Shown here piece by piece: positions 24,924 to 38,317 of a DNA stretch of 64,000 bases. A program made the position numbers and the translations under genes. Position 1 is the first letter of the stretch. Each line of letters opens with the position of its first letter. The notes beneath the pieces were generated by a model. That model did not search any database, was not told where the DNA came from, and saw only the letters and a list, made by a program, of their open reading frames with translations. This DNA is from Lophium mytilinum (taxonomy: Eukaryota), in the NCBI GenBank assembly GCA_010093605.1, contig MU004181.1:2108001-2172000 (forward strand), given 5' to 3'.

Positions 24924-26036
24924 TTTTGGCGTGGTGGTTTGGAGAAGAGGGTGCAGGAGAGGAGCGGTGGGCGCTGGAACTTGGGTTGAGTTGGAAGCTG
25001 GCTGCGATGTTGCCCGCGGGCAAAAAGCTGGAGTGAAAGGTCGAAGGCGATGACGTTGGGCCATTTTCGCTAGTCCGGAAATGGTCGACTACACAATAAC
25101 ATTTGCAGTGACGACACGGGATATATTTCGTAGACAGGAATTTGGCCTCCCAAATCATTATGTCACGCGAAGTCTCATGAGACAATACCAGAGTTTGCAT
25201 TTTTAATGCTGCTATTCTTGTTCTTTGTTCCAGGAAGTATTACCTCCGTTCATTACATGGTTCACTCGACCTTTGTGAAAAAGTTAAGGTCTTTTATCAT
25301 CGCCTCACACTACCTCCTCTTAGTATTGCGGTAGATCTACAGACTCGTTGCCTAGCCCGAATTTTCCATGGGAGGAGACTACATCCCGCTCCGCTGTCTA
25401 GCAAGTTTTGGGAAGTTCTGGATACGTGTTCAAAGGGGTTACTTCGCACAGTACTGTGTTTTCCAAGCGTCACGAACTTAATCAAGTAAAGCAAGAACTA
25501 AATTCACACTATGTGGCCCAAAATCAATCTCCTCCCAAAGGTCCTTCATATCCGCCCAAAGGGGAACCAACTCCTCATCAAATGTACAGGTGTCAGATCG
25601 ACATGAGGTGTTCTCCATCCATCCACTTCAAGGAGTAATTAGGGAAATTTAGGAATTGAGTCCATGACACGCAGCGCTTACGCGCTCAACGCATATCGTT
25701 TCTCTGGAAAACAGTCCAGACTCGAAACTCAGATCTGCAGCTTCAACCTCGAAGACCATTGGCACTCCCGCCCTCGTCACCTCACCAGTCGTTCAAGTTG
25801 CGACCAGTTTGTTTCAGTATATTTCTGGGTAAGGGTTTGTGGAGTGAGTCGAGGGAGGTAGGGTGAAAGGTAGAGGTCTTCTCATAGGTGCTGTAGAATA
25901 GGTTCGAGGGATAGCGGAGGTCGGCTGCTTTGAATGATGTCGGAAAGGCTTCAAACGCATACTGGATGAATGAAATGTTGAACAAAACCTTGAGCTTCCA
26001 AGAGAGCGGCGGGACAGCATGGCACACTGCGGCAAG

Positions 26037-27430
26037 CTAGTAATCCATCGTCCCAAAGACACCGTCGTCGTCCTCGTCCATGCGATGGTCTCGGGCGGTG
26101 GAGTGCTCATCGAACTCATCCAGGTCCAAGCCCTCATTATGCATGTCCACATCTTTGCTTTCGTAAGAATGCGGCAAGTACGAACTGCTCCGTATCGAGG
26201 ACTGATTCGCGGTGACAGTGGTGGTGCTGCCAGATATCGAATCCGACTTCATGCCCAGAAAGCGTGCAGGTAATGGTGGAACGGGGGGGACATCAAAGCC
26301 GAGTGTTGCGGGGCCGCTCTTAGGCGTCCCGTAGCTACAGCTTAACAGGCCCACGGCCGCGGCAAGGTCGGCTTGGTCCTCCTCATCGTAATTGGAACCC
26401 GCTACCGAAGTTCCAGATGTTGTTGGACGTCCGTCGTTACTCCATTGGCGGTAATGGGCCGAGTGGGTGTGACCGCCGTCGGAGAAGACGGACGTGGACT
26501 GGTAGGACTGTGAGTACGCACTGCTAGTTGCACTAAAGCGTTTCGAGCGGCCGAAATTAGAACGGCTAGTAGAGTATGACCCCGTCACTTCATCAGGCTG
26601 AGGTGGAGGTGTCGTGTCGGTCGAGCTCAAGTAGTCATCACGGAGGTCTGATGACCCCGACGCGGCAGGTGAAGCAGAAGAATGATCGCTGTCCTTTGGT
26701 GATTCGCCCTCTTGGTTCATGGCGACCAGGACCGAAGCGGCCTCAAGAAGCTGTACTTGCTGGTGCTTGGAAATAAGCAATTTGGATGTATACTGCCATT
26801 CAGGCGTGTGTTCCCAGCTAAAACAACGCGTCAACGCAGAAACAAAAGAATCATCTGAGCGCGTGCGAGGAGTGAAAGGCATGGAATACGCGCAGGTAGA
26901 ACGTGCAAGAGTGAGTATTCTGGGAGTAATACGCACAGGTGTTTGGTTAGGCAACTGCTGTCTTTGAGAACAGTTAGCCTAGCTCAGTCATGATAGAAAG
27001 TATGTATATTACGTTTATAACCCTTGCCACACTTCTCACACTTCAAATCGCTGCCGCTGACGAGCCTCTTATTGGCTTTAAGGTGTGAGCCTTCGGACGC
27101 GCGTCGTAGCCTGGCCTTATTGTTCACTTTTTCCGTCTCGGGCATTGATGCCAGCATTGGCCCGTCGGACACAGCTGTTTCGTTAAATATAGAACCATTG
27201 TTTGGTAGGCTGCTTGGCATATCCGAGTGTTGAAGAGTGGGTCCTTGGAGTCTGAGGTTGGCCTTTGAGGTCGACGACATACTCTTGCGTCGCCCCACCC
27301 GGTGGGCTGGATTTATCGAGCCCACGGATACAGAGTGCGAGTGTATACGCGACTTGGAAGGGAGACTCAATGCGGTCGAGCTTAGGGAGGTTCGGTGCTG
27401 ACTGGAGGTTGGACGGGCTGGAGTGGGTTC
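26037..27430 (-). CDS. Fungal single-C2H2 zinc-finger protein; start uncertain (first in-frame ATG at 27280); introns ~26963-27012 and ~26818-26937
   Basis: Spliced sequence reads KCEKCGKGYKHSSCLTKHLWEHTPEWQYTSKLLISKHQQVQLLEAASVLVAM, followed later by DLAAAVGLLSCSYGTP. Confidence 0.85.
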
Positions 27431-29444
27431 CTGAAAGGTGGCGATTAGTTCACTATCAGTGACTAACAACGATCGATCTGATGGTAAATTCTTGCCTTGA
27501 GGACGGTCATATTGACAGTTGTAGGTTACCAAAACTCGCTGCTTTGTCCGTTCCAAGATTGGTCTTCAGTCACGAAGTGTGTGGTGTGTTCAGTGCACAG
27601 CCCCGCCGAGGAGCTGAAACTCGAGATTTGGCAGCAAGTTGACAGCAGCGGCATCCACAATAGAACGAAAGCAGTAGGCTGGATTGGTGTACAAAAGAGG
27701 GCTTGAGGCTCGTCGGGAAGGTGGATTGTTCAGCGCCAAAATTATGTTGCGATTCCCCGCGGCCGGTAATTGCGCTATCACTGTTTCGGATGTTACACAA
27801 AAGCGGTCCTTAGACGGCTCGGAATGCACGGAGGGACTCAGGCTGTGGCGTGAAAGAAAAAGGAACGAACAAATGTTAACAGGAGGGACGAAGTGGAGCT
27901 GTCTGTGGAGAAAGGATGGATGGCTGCGGCGCATCCAGGTGGCCAGCAGGCCAGGTGATATCTCCAGGCTGACTGGGTGGCTGACCTCCAACTTGGTCCC
28001 TGAGTGGTGGTTTGCCGCCAGCCCCCTCATCGGGATAAGATCAGCCTCCAGAGTATTGGCGGAGTGCCGCAATCTTGCCAGTGCCATCTGAGCTCCCTCA
28101 AGGTACCTAAGCGGCGATGTGCGAGCGCCGCTCGAGGCTAGTGAGACCGCGTCCACCACAGGCTTGATGGGCACTGAATCGGCCGGTGATGAGCAGCGGA
28201 TCGTCGAGAGAACGACTGGACCATGCGTGGACGAGCCGCGAAGGAGGCTGCCATCGTTGGTGGCCAAGACCATGAATGAGGAATCGGCATGAGTGCGCCA
28301 TCCACCAGCGATGGCGCGATAGCACCGGGGCCAAACCAGCCACCGACCTACAGCTGCCGGCTGTCGTCTGGCAGGCGATGCATGGGGGTGCGTGCCTTGG
28401 GCGACTCGCAAACGTTGAGAACAGTCGAGACAAACCGATCGTCCTCCGTGTTCCGTCCCTACCCCACTTTCTTCGGGCAACCTAGCTGTAATTGTGTATA
28501 AGGTTTCGTACATACATGCGGAGCCAAAACATATCTTATTTGTTTGTTATGTTTGGAAGCTTCGCTGCATTTTCAATAATCTTGATACAAGTTGTCAGCT
28601 TTTTCCGGTATCCGAGGAAACGAACTGTAGCTATACCCACATACATATACAGGTATTTATAGAGACATGAAGCGCTGCGTACAGTGGCAAGCGATAAATA
28701 TTCCAGCACTGTTGTCTGTTCAAGTTGTCGCAGACCTGCAAAAGTAAGTTGCAAACTGTACCAAGGTTCTTACCAGGTACCGGCACCATGCACCCTTCAC
28801 TTTCAACACCACTGGTTCCTAGTCGGATACCTGCATGTTCCTATCCAGGTACGAGGCCTGCACGCTTGTCGCTAGTGCAGAGTTCTGTCCACGGGCGGTG
28901 GCATAGCTAAGCTGGAGCCAAGCAAGATGACAGAGCCAAGCAAGCACGGCAAGCTGGAGATGACCAAGCCAAGACTATCCATCAACACCATGCGGCCCCA
29001 TCACGATATCTCATTTAGTGACCTTTTCGAAGATAAAAGAGTCCCTTGCTGCATTGTCAAACATGCGATTACCTCCCCCGAAGCCCGAACAACTCGCAGT
29101 CATGGTCCAAGCGCGAGGCTGAAGTTTTTCAGCCCTGCATCGCTTCTGTGGGCGGCAGTGCACGGCAATAAAGCCAGGAACTTCGTTGGTGCACCCATGT
29201 CGGGTGCTCCTTTTCGTTTAGCATCCTCCCATTTCAGTAAAGTCATCGGCGCCTCCAATGCTTCAACTCTCTCATGAAACCCTAGTTGGTCTGCCGAACT
29301 CTAGACCAGCAGGGCGAAGCGAATTTCGTATACTTCTTCCCTTTTTGATTCTTCGGCGCGTTGGGCTGGCTCAGCTGAACTTTTGTTATAACCTCCCACC
29401 TGCCCCTTGTGGTCTCCGTGCTGCCTTTCACCCTTCACGAAATT

Positions 29445-30732
29445 ATGACGCGCCTACTTCTCCTGAGCACGATCTATTCCATAGCATCGTTCGCGGTTGC
29501 ACAGTATCCTAGCTGCGCTGTAAGTGTATCAGTGTCTACGAAGTCACCTGGATCCGAGCGTTGACCGTCGCGCCTCTTTCTAGTTGTCTTGTTTAGACAA
29601 TATCACAGAAATCAATGCGGCGGGCTGTACCGCCACTGATGCATATTGCCAATGCACAAATACGGCCTATCTTGAAGAAGTGACATGCTGCATTCGCGGC
29701 GCCTGCGATTCTGCAGATCAGACAAGTGAGCCCATCCCCCTCCTTCGCGATGTAGTGGCAACCAATCTAACCTGCTCATAGCTGCTTTCAATCAGGCTGT
29801 TTACAACTGCGCCACGTAAGTCTCCGCCTTTGTCACACCTCTCTACCCCAGTGTGGTGCCTCTTGAACGCCATGTCTGGATTCGGGTACGACGGCGGTGA
29901 ATAGAGATGTCGGTCTAACCGTCGTTCAGATGGGGTGTTACCCTGAATACCCACGTATCAGTCACCTGTAGTTCCGCGACTGCTTGTAAGGACCCTTTCT
30001 CTCTCACACAGCGTCAATTTTGACTACTTAACTTGGCCTTCACTGACGGTCATCACAGCAGCCGCAAGCACCGCAGCCGCGAATACAGCGATCGCAAGCA
30101 CAGAAGCTCCAAGTGTCGCCACTAGCTCTGCCGTGTCGTATTTCTCACCTAAACCGAAGACGTACAAATCCAAAAAGAAACATGGTCTCACGTCCGGCGC
30201 CAAGGGGGGGATAGGAGGTGGAATAGCCCTCGTAGTGCTCGTAGTCACTGCCCTGTCTGGATTCCTTCTCAAGCGTCGCAATTCCAAGAAAGCGGCCATG
30301 ATTGCCCCTGGAGCCCCAGCAACGGCAATTGTCCCAGGAGCACCGGCTGCTTATGTAGGGAAAGAGGCCACGACGGTAGCAGTCGAGCCTGTACCATCGC
30401 CGGCACCGCAATACTCGACCCAAGGCGGTCCATACGCTCCCCCTATGCAACCCCAAGGGCAGTATCCGCAGCCCATCTACACGCCGCAACCTCAGTACCC
30501 AGCGCCTCCTCAGCAGCAATACGCCCAATACGGACAACCACCTCCACAACAGTTCCAGCAACCACCTCCGCAACAGTTTCAACAACCACCTCCACAACAA
30601 TTTCAACAACCAGTATACTCGCCTGGTCCAGAGTTGCAAGGCTCTCCGATAGGACAGCAGCTGCAGCAAAACTTCACAAGCACAGAGCTGCCTGGAGCCG
30701 GAGCACCGCAAACTAAACACGAAGCACCGTGA
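29445..30732 (+). CDS. CFEM-domain single-pass membrane protein; introns 29520-29583, 29726-29781, 29816-29929, ~29985-30058
   Basis: Signal peptide MTRLLLLSTIYSIASFAVA, then PSCAxSC...GCTATDAYCQC...TCCIRGAC...NC (CFEM), a Ser/Thr/Ala stalk, a TM helix GIGGGIALVVLVVTALSGFLL followed by KRR, and a P/Q/Y-rich tail. Confidence 0.85.
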
Positions 30733-31584
30733 GCTCGAGGTTTGGATGGGACTCGGCCTAGACCGACTGTTGCAAGGTGTTCTGGAGTAAGGAGTATCGT
30801 TATTGATAGGTGTCTATGCTAATGGAGATACGTTCACGAATGGCTCGCGAATGGTATATTTTTCATGGATTTCCTTCCCAATTGTGCATACAAACTGCAG
30901 GAACTATTTGGCCGATATCGGCGTCGCCGAATCTAACCACCTTAGACGACCGCTAAATCGAGGTCACTCTCAACAACTTATATCAAGTCAAAGCTTCAGC
31001 TATTTGTTCTAGATTCCGTCCCACTTATACATGTCAGCGTGCGGAATTCGCAACCTTCGAGAAACTACCATTGTTACGCCATACATGACGCTACTCCAAG
31101 AACACGATGGCGCTACGTGTCCCTACTGTATGCTTGCCGGACTCAATTCTGATCCTGCTCTCCCCGTAAACCAGAATTTCGCGGAAAACTGCCCCACGGT
31201 CACTGGTGTCGCTGCTTGAAAAGCTTGTACAGATCCTCGAACATCGATATAGGTGTATTGTTTTGGACGGCTCGATACGTGTTCAACACCGGTCCGAGGA
31301 CAGCATAGCAGATTCCTACAAAAGTGGTAGTTCCATGCGTAAGCTACGAGTCGAAACGCTGTTACTCAGAGTACCAGTTCACAGGAGTCTACTGCAAGAT
31401 GCCCCCACACTCTAGCCCCTGGCGATGCTACCTTTTGGACCGTGGGCGCAAGAATAATAAAAACAGAAGCGCCTTAACTTCAGCGTTTACTGGCCTTTCA
31501 TGAACAGCATTTCGTCTTAACCCTCGCATTCTTCAACCAGGCCAACAACAACCCTATTCGCCAGTCCCTACAAGCCGTCACACC

Positions 31585-32397
31585 TCAAACCACCTCCCCC
31601 GCCGCTCTCCGAATCACATCCGCCGTGAACTTCGGCATACTAAGCGTCGGGAAATGCCCCGCCGAGCACCTCTCCACCTCAAAGAGACTCCCCGGAGTAT
31701 TAGTCATAAGCTCCTGCACAAACGCCGGAAGACAATTATCGTTTTCGCAGATCAGATACGTCGACGGCACCTCTCGCCACGCCGCATGTGTCGTCTCCGT
31801 GATAAACGAGCCCCAGGAGTGGCTCTCCAGCTTCTCCGCCATGGCTTTCCGAGTCGCCGGGTCGAGATCACCGAACATCAGGGTCTCCGGGTCCCTGACA
31901 TAAACGCGCTTGTCGGGCTTTTCGATCGAAATAGTTTTAGCGGGCGAGGAGGAGGATATATGGCATATCGGCGCGCAACTCACCTCCAGCCGCATCCACG
32001 GAAACGGTTCGCCCTCCGCGACGCTCTGCCCATTGAGTCCGACCTCCAACACCGCGGCAGTTAGGTAGACGAGTCGCACTACGCCACCCTTCAGCCCGTT
32101 CGACTCTCGGTCACTCTTGCTGAGGCCTTTCATGGCTTCTGATCCCGGCACGCCAGCCCAGGAGTGCACGACCAAGACGACGTCTTTGCCGGCGTTCATG
32201 GGCGCCATTGCTGCATCCCGAATCGCTGACACCTCCGCGCTAAAGTCTGCATGCGGAGGGTTTGCGCCGACGGATGGCAGTGTGACGGGGATTACTTCGT
32301 AGCCTTCTTGCTTGAGGATAGAGGTTGTTGGGGTGTAGCCGTCGAAATTGCTGAACGCGCCGGCGACGAATACGATGGTTGGTTTAGGTGCTGACAT
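31585..32397 (-). CDS. Alpha/beta hydrolase (Abhydrolase_6/methylesterase-like); likely in-frame intron 31918-31983
   Basis: IVFVAGAF, nucleophile elbow VVHSWAG, YLICENDNCLP (Asp) and SAGHFP (His). Confidence 0.9.
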   Translation of the reverse strand: MSAPKPTIVFVAGAFSNFDGYTPTTSILKQEGYEVIPVTLPSVGANPPHADFSAEVSAIRDAAMAPMNAGKDVVLVVHSWAGVPGSEAMKGLSKSDRESNGLKGGVVRLVYLTAAVLEVGLNGQSVAEGEPFPWMRLEVSCAPICHISSSSPAKTISIEKPDKRVYVRDPETLMFGDLDPATRKAMAEKLESHSWGSFITETTHAAWREVPSTYLICENDNCLPAFVQELMTNTPGSLFEVERCSAGHFPTLSMPKFTADVIRRAAGEVV

Positions 32398-32907
32398 AGT
32401 TGGTAGAGATGTTGTATTTCGAAGCCTCTTAAACCTTGAGAGGAAAAAGTGGACGTTCCGGAAGATATAATGTCGATAGGAAATTCTAAGCTTTATATCT
32501 ATGTGGTAGGACAGCTCATGGAGAGGCTTACGTTGACGGCGCGGTTAGGCGCGCTGCGCTAGCCACTGCAAACCCGAACTGAAGTTTTAGTGTTCATCTT
32601 CCGTTTCATAGTGCTGACAGTGCGAATGCGTCAATCTTTGCGAGCTGGAAGTTCATCGACCGAATGTGGCGGTTCGGCTGGGAGTGCGGCTGAGAATGTG
32701 GCTTTAGGCAACTACACTTCGTGCTGCTTAATACGACGTTGAGTCAAAGACCATTTTCTTGAAATGTGAAAAGAAGTATTTATATATTATCATTCAACGC
32801 AGACTGTTTCTGGCCGAGCGGAATATAACATACCATCGATTACATTAGGTCTCGGTTTCCTGTACTGGGCAGACGCGGCCGAACGTGCCGTTCACGTAGT
32901 CACTAAG

Positions 32908-34239
32908 ATGCCTCCCGCCCTCCTAATCATCGACCTCCAGGTTGATTTCGTTTCTCCCATTGGAATCCTCAAGAAGAATCACATCCCACTGGCCCCAATC
33001 CTCGAACATCTCGTACCTATATATTCTGCATGCAGAGAGAAGAAATGGCCCATCATAGCCATGCGCTCCGAATACTTGACCACGAACCATTCGGACGAGA
33101 AACCGATTCGGTATCTAGAAATACCAGAAGGCGAAGAGTTCTAGGGCGTCCCCGGCAATGATGAGTGGCTATCCGGTACCCGCACGGGTTCACGGCCCTT
33201 GTGCGCGCCAGGATCGGCTGGCGCATTGTATCCAGAAGAAGTCCAGGACGTCGTGAATCGATATGCAGACACAACCCATAACGAAGAACTGGTACTCCGC
33301 CTTTACTGAAACCGGATTACATGACTGGCTACAAGCGAACGGAGTGGGTAATGGTCCGTTGTCTTTCGCGGGCGTGACGACTAATAACTGCATCCTGGCT
33401 ACCCTCACCGACGCGTTCTTCCAGCGGTATCTGGTTCGCGTGATCAGGGAATGTGTAGGGGCTGTGAACAAGAAGTCGGAGGTTGAAGCTTTCAAGGAGA
33501 TTGAGAGGTATTATGGCAGCACAGTGAGGGCGGAATCCATGATCCAGTCGTCGTCTACCGATAGGGTTGAAGAAGCGGAAGCCGACGTAGCTGATCCATT
33601 CTCACCTGCGTGAATTCTGTATTGGGTCTCCGGATCAATCCCCAGCTGGCGCGTGATGCTGTGTCTCTCACACAAACGCCTCCCGTACACCCGAAAGCGA
33701 TTGCATGTCATGACGACGCCGAAAGAGACGCGATCGCCTAAATTCGCCGCCATAAACCCGAGGTGTAAGACGCCGGTGTTGATTGATGAGAACGGCACAA
33801 GAATCATGCCAAGCGTGGATGATAAGGAGAAACACAGGACTACCTTGCAACGTTTTCACGAATCGGAGAACCTGCATAACGTATTTGAAGATATCGAGTT
33901 ACTGTTTTTGCCTAAGTGGGACCAAAGCCCGAATAGAGAACGGATTTTGGAGGCGTGTAAGAGGACACTGGAAGAGTTGACGTTCTGGGAGTCGTATCTG
34001 GAGAGGAGCGTCTTTGTGGCAGGGACGAGTTCTCGTTGGCGGATTGCGCGTTCTATCCGAATCTGGCATACTTGGTACATCAAGGGCTGGACTTGGAAAG
34101 GGAGAGGTTTGGGGCGTTGAAGAAGTATTTCGAGTTGGTAAAGGAGATGGATTGTGCAAAAGAGGCATTGCCGGTAAAGTACGAGACCGTAGGGAGGAAC
34201 CTGTTCTTGAAGATTTATGAAATAGAAGAGAAAGTGTAA
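32908..34239 (+). pseudogene. Isochorismatase-like cysteine hydrolase fused to glutathione S-transferase, inactivated
   Basis: Isochorismatase triad motifs IIDLQ, TKNWYSAF and GVTTNNC. GST motifs LYWVSGSIPSWRV, INPRCKTPVL and FSLADCAFYP. Lesions: TAG at 33142, frameshift ~33275, TGA at 33611, missing ESxAI segment ~33805, frameshift ~34023. Confidence 0.82.
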
Positions 34240-34856
34240 GGAGATAAAGACTCAGTGTGCTGTAAGGCGTCCTATCCAAGTCAGCAGGATGCGAAGCGGA
34301 CCTCGCGCGATCAACTCCGCTTTTTCTACGATGCGCCAAAGGGTGATCGTTGAAAGTCTAAGATGGAACTGAACATGTTGCCTAATCTGATAGTTGAACA
34401 AAAATTGAGGTGCTTTTGGAACGGTCGAACTGAAGCACAGCTGCTTTCAACGCTGTTAGTCGTCTACTGCTGCTCCCATCTACAGTGCTGAGCGTGGTAC
34501 ATGCTCCTATCTTTCTACATACCAGCACGGTGGCGCGCCCCAGAAAGTGTCTCCCGATCGTTCAGAGACGTGGATCAAGGCACTGGGGAAGAATAAGCAT
34601 TACCTGCAGTCAGCCTTACCCTCCTGCCTGCCTGACACCTCCCTCCACACCTCGACAGCCCCGACGGCCCCCTGTCCCTTTCTAAGCGCCCGCGCCCGCG
34701 CCCGTCCCCGTCCCGATCCCGAGGCCCAGTTAAACTTCACGCTTCGCTGCAGCCCTCTCATGTACGGCAACATCTGCATGCAGCTGCATGCACCCCTACC
34801 TTCGCCTCTTTCGACTCCTTCGCCTCCTTCCTCTTTGGTACGAGCTGCGTCGGGCG

Positions 34857-34958
34857 TGTCTGGAGCGCCGCGCACACGTTTCGAGCACCGCATGCGTGAT
34901 CGAAGTGCAGACGCCACCAACATTGAGATGTCCTAGCCGTGCCGCGATGAGATGCCGA
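34857..34958 (+). repeat. Dispersed ~102-bp direct repeat, copy A
   Basis: Shares gcgcacacgtttcgagca.cgc.tgcgtgatc..agtgcag.cgccaccaacatt...gatgagatgccga with 38318-38420. Confidence 0.85.
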
Positions 34959-35995
34959 GGACAGATGGGCCAGGACGGAATGTGTCCCAAGTCGGTGTCA
35001 GAAAGCACTGCAGGCTCGAAAACGTGCTGGCAAATGAAGCACCCGTTTCTTCGCTGTACAAACTAGCAAGAAGAAACCTGTACACCACCTACAGCTCCGT
35101 CGATGGAAACTATAGGCGCGTAGGAAATAGCACGGCTTACGATTTCAGCCTCGAATCGCCACACACGGCAGGTGAGTGCTCCGAAGCCTCAAATCCCGGG
35201 GTCAGCCGCAAGAAGGGCGATAATCTGAAAGTGACGCGTCGCGGTACCGTGCTTTTAGCAGATACAGCACAAACTTGTTCAGAGTGATGCCAAGAAAGGG
35301 CTTCCTCCGTTCTAATCCTACCTAATCCACCCGTGGCTTGATCTTTTCGTCGGCCAGCTGCAGTGCCTGGGGCTGCTTTTGGGGCTGCTTTTGAGGCTGT
35401 GGATTAGGAGGCGTTGTGCACAGGCACGTTTGGCCCAACCACAGGTTTCCTGAAGCGAAGTCGCTATTCCTGAGCCACTGGAGGCTGTAATCACTGCGGC
35501 CTATCTTCACGTCCAGTGGTCACCCTCTAACATTAAGCGATAAACTTGGCCAATCAGTCCTCAAATCGGCTGGATATTCGACCAGAAAAGAATTATACTA
35601 GGATCAACTCAGCTTAGCGCTAGAGCACTGGAGAAGCTTTAGACGTATCCAGATGCCAGAGACGCATATCATGGTTAGCGTCGCAAGTGGTATGGTGTCC
35701 CAATTGCTTTTCATCCCTAAGAAAAACTGCTTCGAACCAATGAGCTCGATCTTATGGAGCTCCCGTTCCATTTCATGCAAGCCACCTGTATATATACGAA
35801 TTGCAGAACGCGTCGAGGGGCTGCAATAGTTATCTGAGCCCTCGAGTGCATCAAGGCTGAGAGGGCTGTACCTTTGTACTACCAGAGAAGGTGGGTATTA
35901 AAGCTGCTTGCACATACCCTCTCTTTATGTAGAGAAGTTATACATTATCAGAATACTGTACAACTGATTGGTGTACGAGTTACTTTTCCCTCATA

Positions 35996-38139
35996 ATGTC
36001 CCATCAACTGATCACGCCGTCGGACCCGGATGATTCTTCCGAAGGACATAGAGCAGAAAGCTCCAAATCTCTGCTTTCAGATCCTGGCAAAAAAGAAACG
36101 ACTGTATCCGCAGGGAAACCCTCACCAAAGCACTCAAAGCTAAGCTCGACTTGGAGAGTCCACTGGAAGACTCTGACCTCTATGGTTGCACTCTTTCTAC
36201 TTGGTCCGTACAAATCGACTGCTAGCATACCACAGATTTCTAATTTTCATATGATTAGCCTGGATAATCGCTGTCATTCACCTCACCGTATTCGTTTTTC
36301 TAGACCGAAAACGGACAGACGGTCCACATTCTATCCCGCAGAGTTACGTAGCAGCGCTTTCGCACCTCCTCGGACTTCTCTTTAGAGCGACTCTTTGCAG
36401 CTCCCTGACCGTTGCCTTTACTCAATGCCTCTGGCACTTGATGAGAATAAAGACAGTCAAGATCTCGAGCATAGACATGCTGTTTCAGATTACAAAGAAT
36501 CCGTTTCTGCTCGTACAGCCGGAAGTCGTCAAGACAGCACCTATTTTGTTCATCCTAGCGTTGTTCACTTTGCTGCTGCCTCTGGCGATCACCTTTCCTC
36601 CTGGTGCTTTGATAGTTGTACCGAGTTCAGTTCGGAGCAACTACAATGCGACTGTGCCCACGTACAATGGCTCCTTCATGGGAAATGGTTCAGTAGCTGA
36701 TTCGGGATTGAAGGCCCTAGCAAACCGTAGAACGATTGCAGGGAGTGTGTATTACTAGTAAGATCTTCGACATTGCAACTCGGTTTTGCTAATAACACTC
36801 GATGGTCCAGTGGCGCGATTGCTAGCATACGACGAACCGGTCGCCTCGTCCTTGAACTCGATGATATTATACCATCTTCATCACCATGCGGACCGGACTG
36901 TATGTATGTCACTCAGTTTGAAGGACCATATCTTCGGTGCGCCGACGTCAGCTTCAACCAAACCATCGAAACCGGATCATTGAGTTTGTGCGATCATACT
37001 GCCTTTTCGGCCTCAATTCAAGATCCAGTGGCGTACGACGACCCTGGAGACATGTTCAACATTTCAGCTTCTCGCTCCATTAAGCAAACTCGCCCAGGCG
37101 ATTTGTTAAAATCCCCTTTCGTCGTTCAGGAAATGGAGAGCCTTTCATGCGTCCCATCCCGGGCGTCCTACGTAGTCAACGTTACCTATAAGGGTGGTTT
37201 ACGAACCATCACACGCTCACAAAACTACACAGGCTCTGTCCGCGACATGCTCGTACACGTGGATGAATATAATCCAGACATCCCAGAATGTGACAAGATC
37301 AACTCGACGCAGAATTGGGATGCCTACGTCGAATGCGAGCAATATACTCCCGCCATATGGTCTAAACCACTTCTCTCAGTCATGACTGCATACAATCATT
37401 TCGCTCTCATTGATGCGCTGATCAGCCCTCTAGGCGGGAATTACACGATGTTACCGTCGGGCATTTTTGTGGATGGAGCAGATTCCCCTGTTATATGTGG
37501 TAAGCCATCGACCCTAAATTAAGTCAAAGCCCAGTGTATGACTAGTCCGTTACTAAAACTCCTATAGGGCCGACGAATGGGACTATCGCCGCCGATACAT
37601 TTCTGAATACCCAAAGAGACAATTTTGGGAGGAGTGCAAGAGATGGTCCGAGTTTTGCTGTTTCCCAGGACATTCTGAATGACGCCCTTTTCAACGTCAC
37701 TATGAGTGCTGCTCTTCAACTCGGTTTCTGGAATACCACTGTGCCCGTCGAAACCACCCACACACAACAAGTGTACTCTTTCGTCTCGCCTAGGACGCTG
37801 ATAGTCCCGTACCTCACATGTCTCCTTCTATCGATTCCCTTCCTCTATCTCGGAATGAACAGCGTACGTTTGAACGGCGTAACCGCAATGCAAGGCGGCT
37901 TCCTCCAGATCCTGATGACCACCACTGGAAGCAAGATTCTCGAGCAAGCAGCGGCAGCCGGCTGCCTCGGGGGAGAAGAGAATGTTCCTGAGGACCTCAA
38001 AGCGATGGAGATCCGTTTTGGGGAACTGATATGTAGTGAGACCGACACAGAGGGTGATGGAGGAGCGGTGAAAAGGGCGGGCTTTGGAACAGATGATGAG
38101 GTCGTGCCTCTTACGCGCGGTGTCGCTTACGGAGTGTAA
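35996..38139 (+). CDS. Fungal multi-pass membrane protein with a large extracellular loop (family often annotated 'formylmethionine deformylase-like'); introns ~36203-36257, ~36758-36809, ~37500-37568
   Basis: Spliced frame gives N-terminal TMs (AWIIAVIHL.., VAFTQCLWHLMR..SIDMLF), SPCGPDCMYVTQFEGPYLRC, VYSFVSPRTLIVPY and GGFLQILMTT, ending in LTRGVAYGV. Confidence 0.75.
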
Positions 38140-38317
38140 TGATTCAGCGGCTTATTGTAAACGTTACATCATAAGAACAGCATAATAGCTAGCTATATAC
38201 ACCGGGTTGGTGTAGCCGCTAAGAAGAAAAGCGTTTGAAACCTATAATAAAGATGCCAGTTTATTATATTCGGGTTAACGCCGATATTTTAATTAGGCTA
38301 GATGACGTGTATCCTCC

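Noticed and set aside
31031..31480. Possible degraded gene between the CFEM and hydrolase genes
   Set aside because: Short ORFs with no recognisable motifs or consistent splice signals.
38200..38270. tRNA-like 5' sequence accgggttggtgtagcc
   Set aside because: No T-arm (GTTCGA) or acceptor-stem partner downstream.
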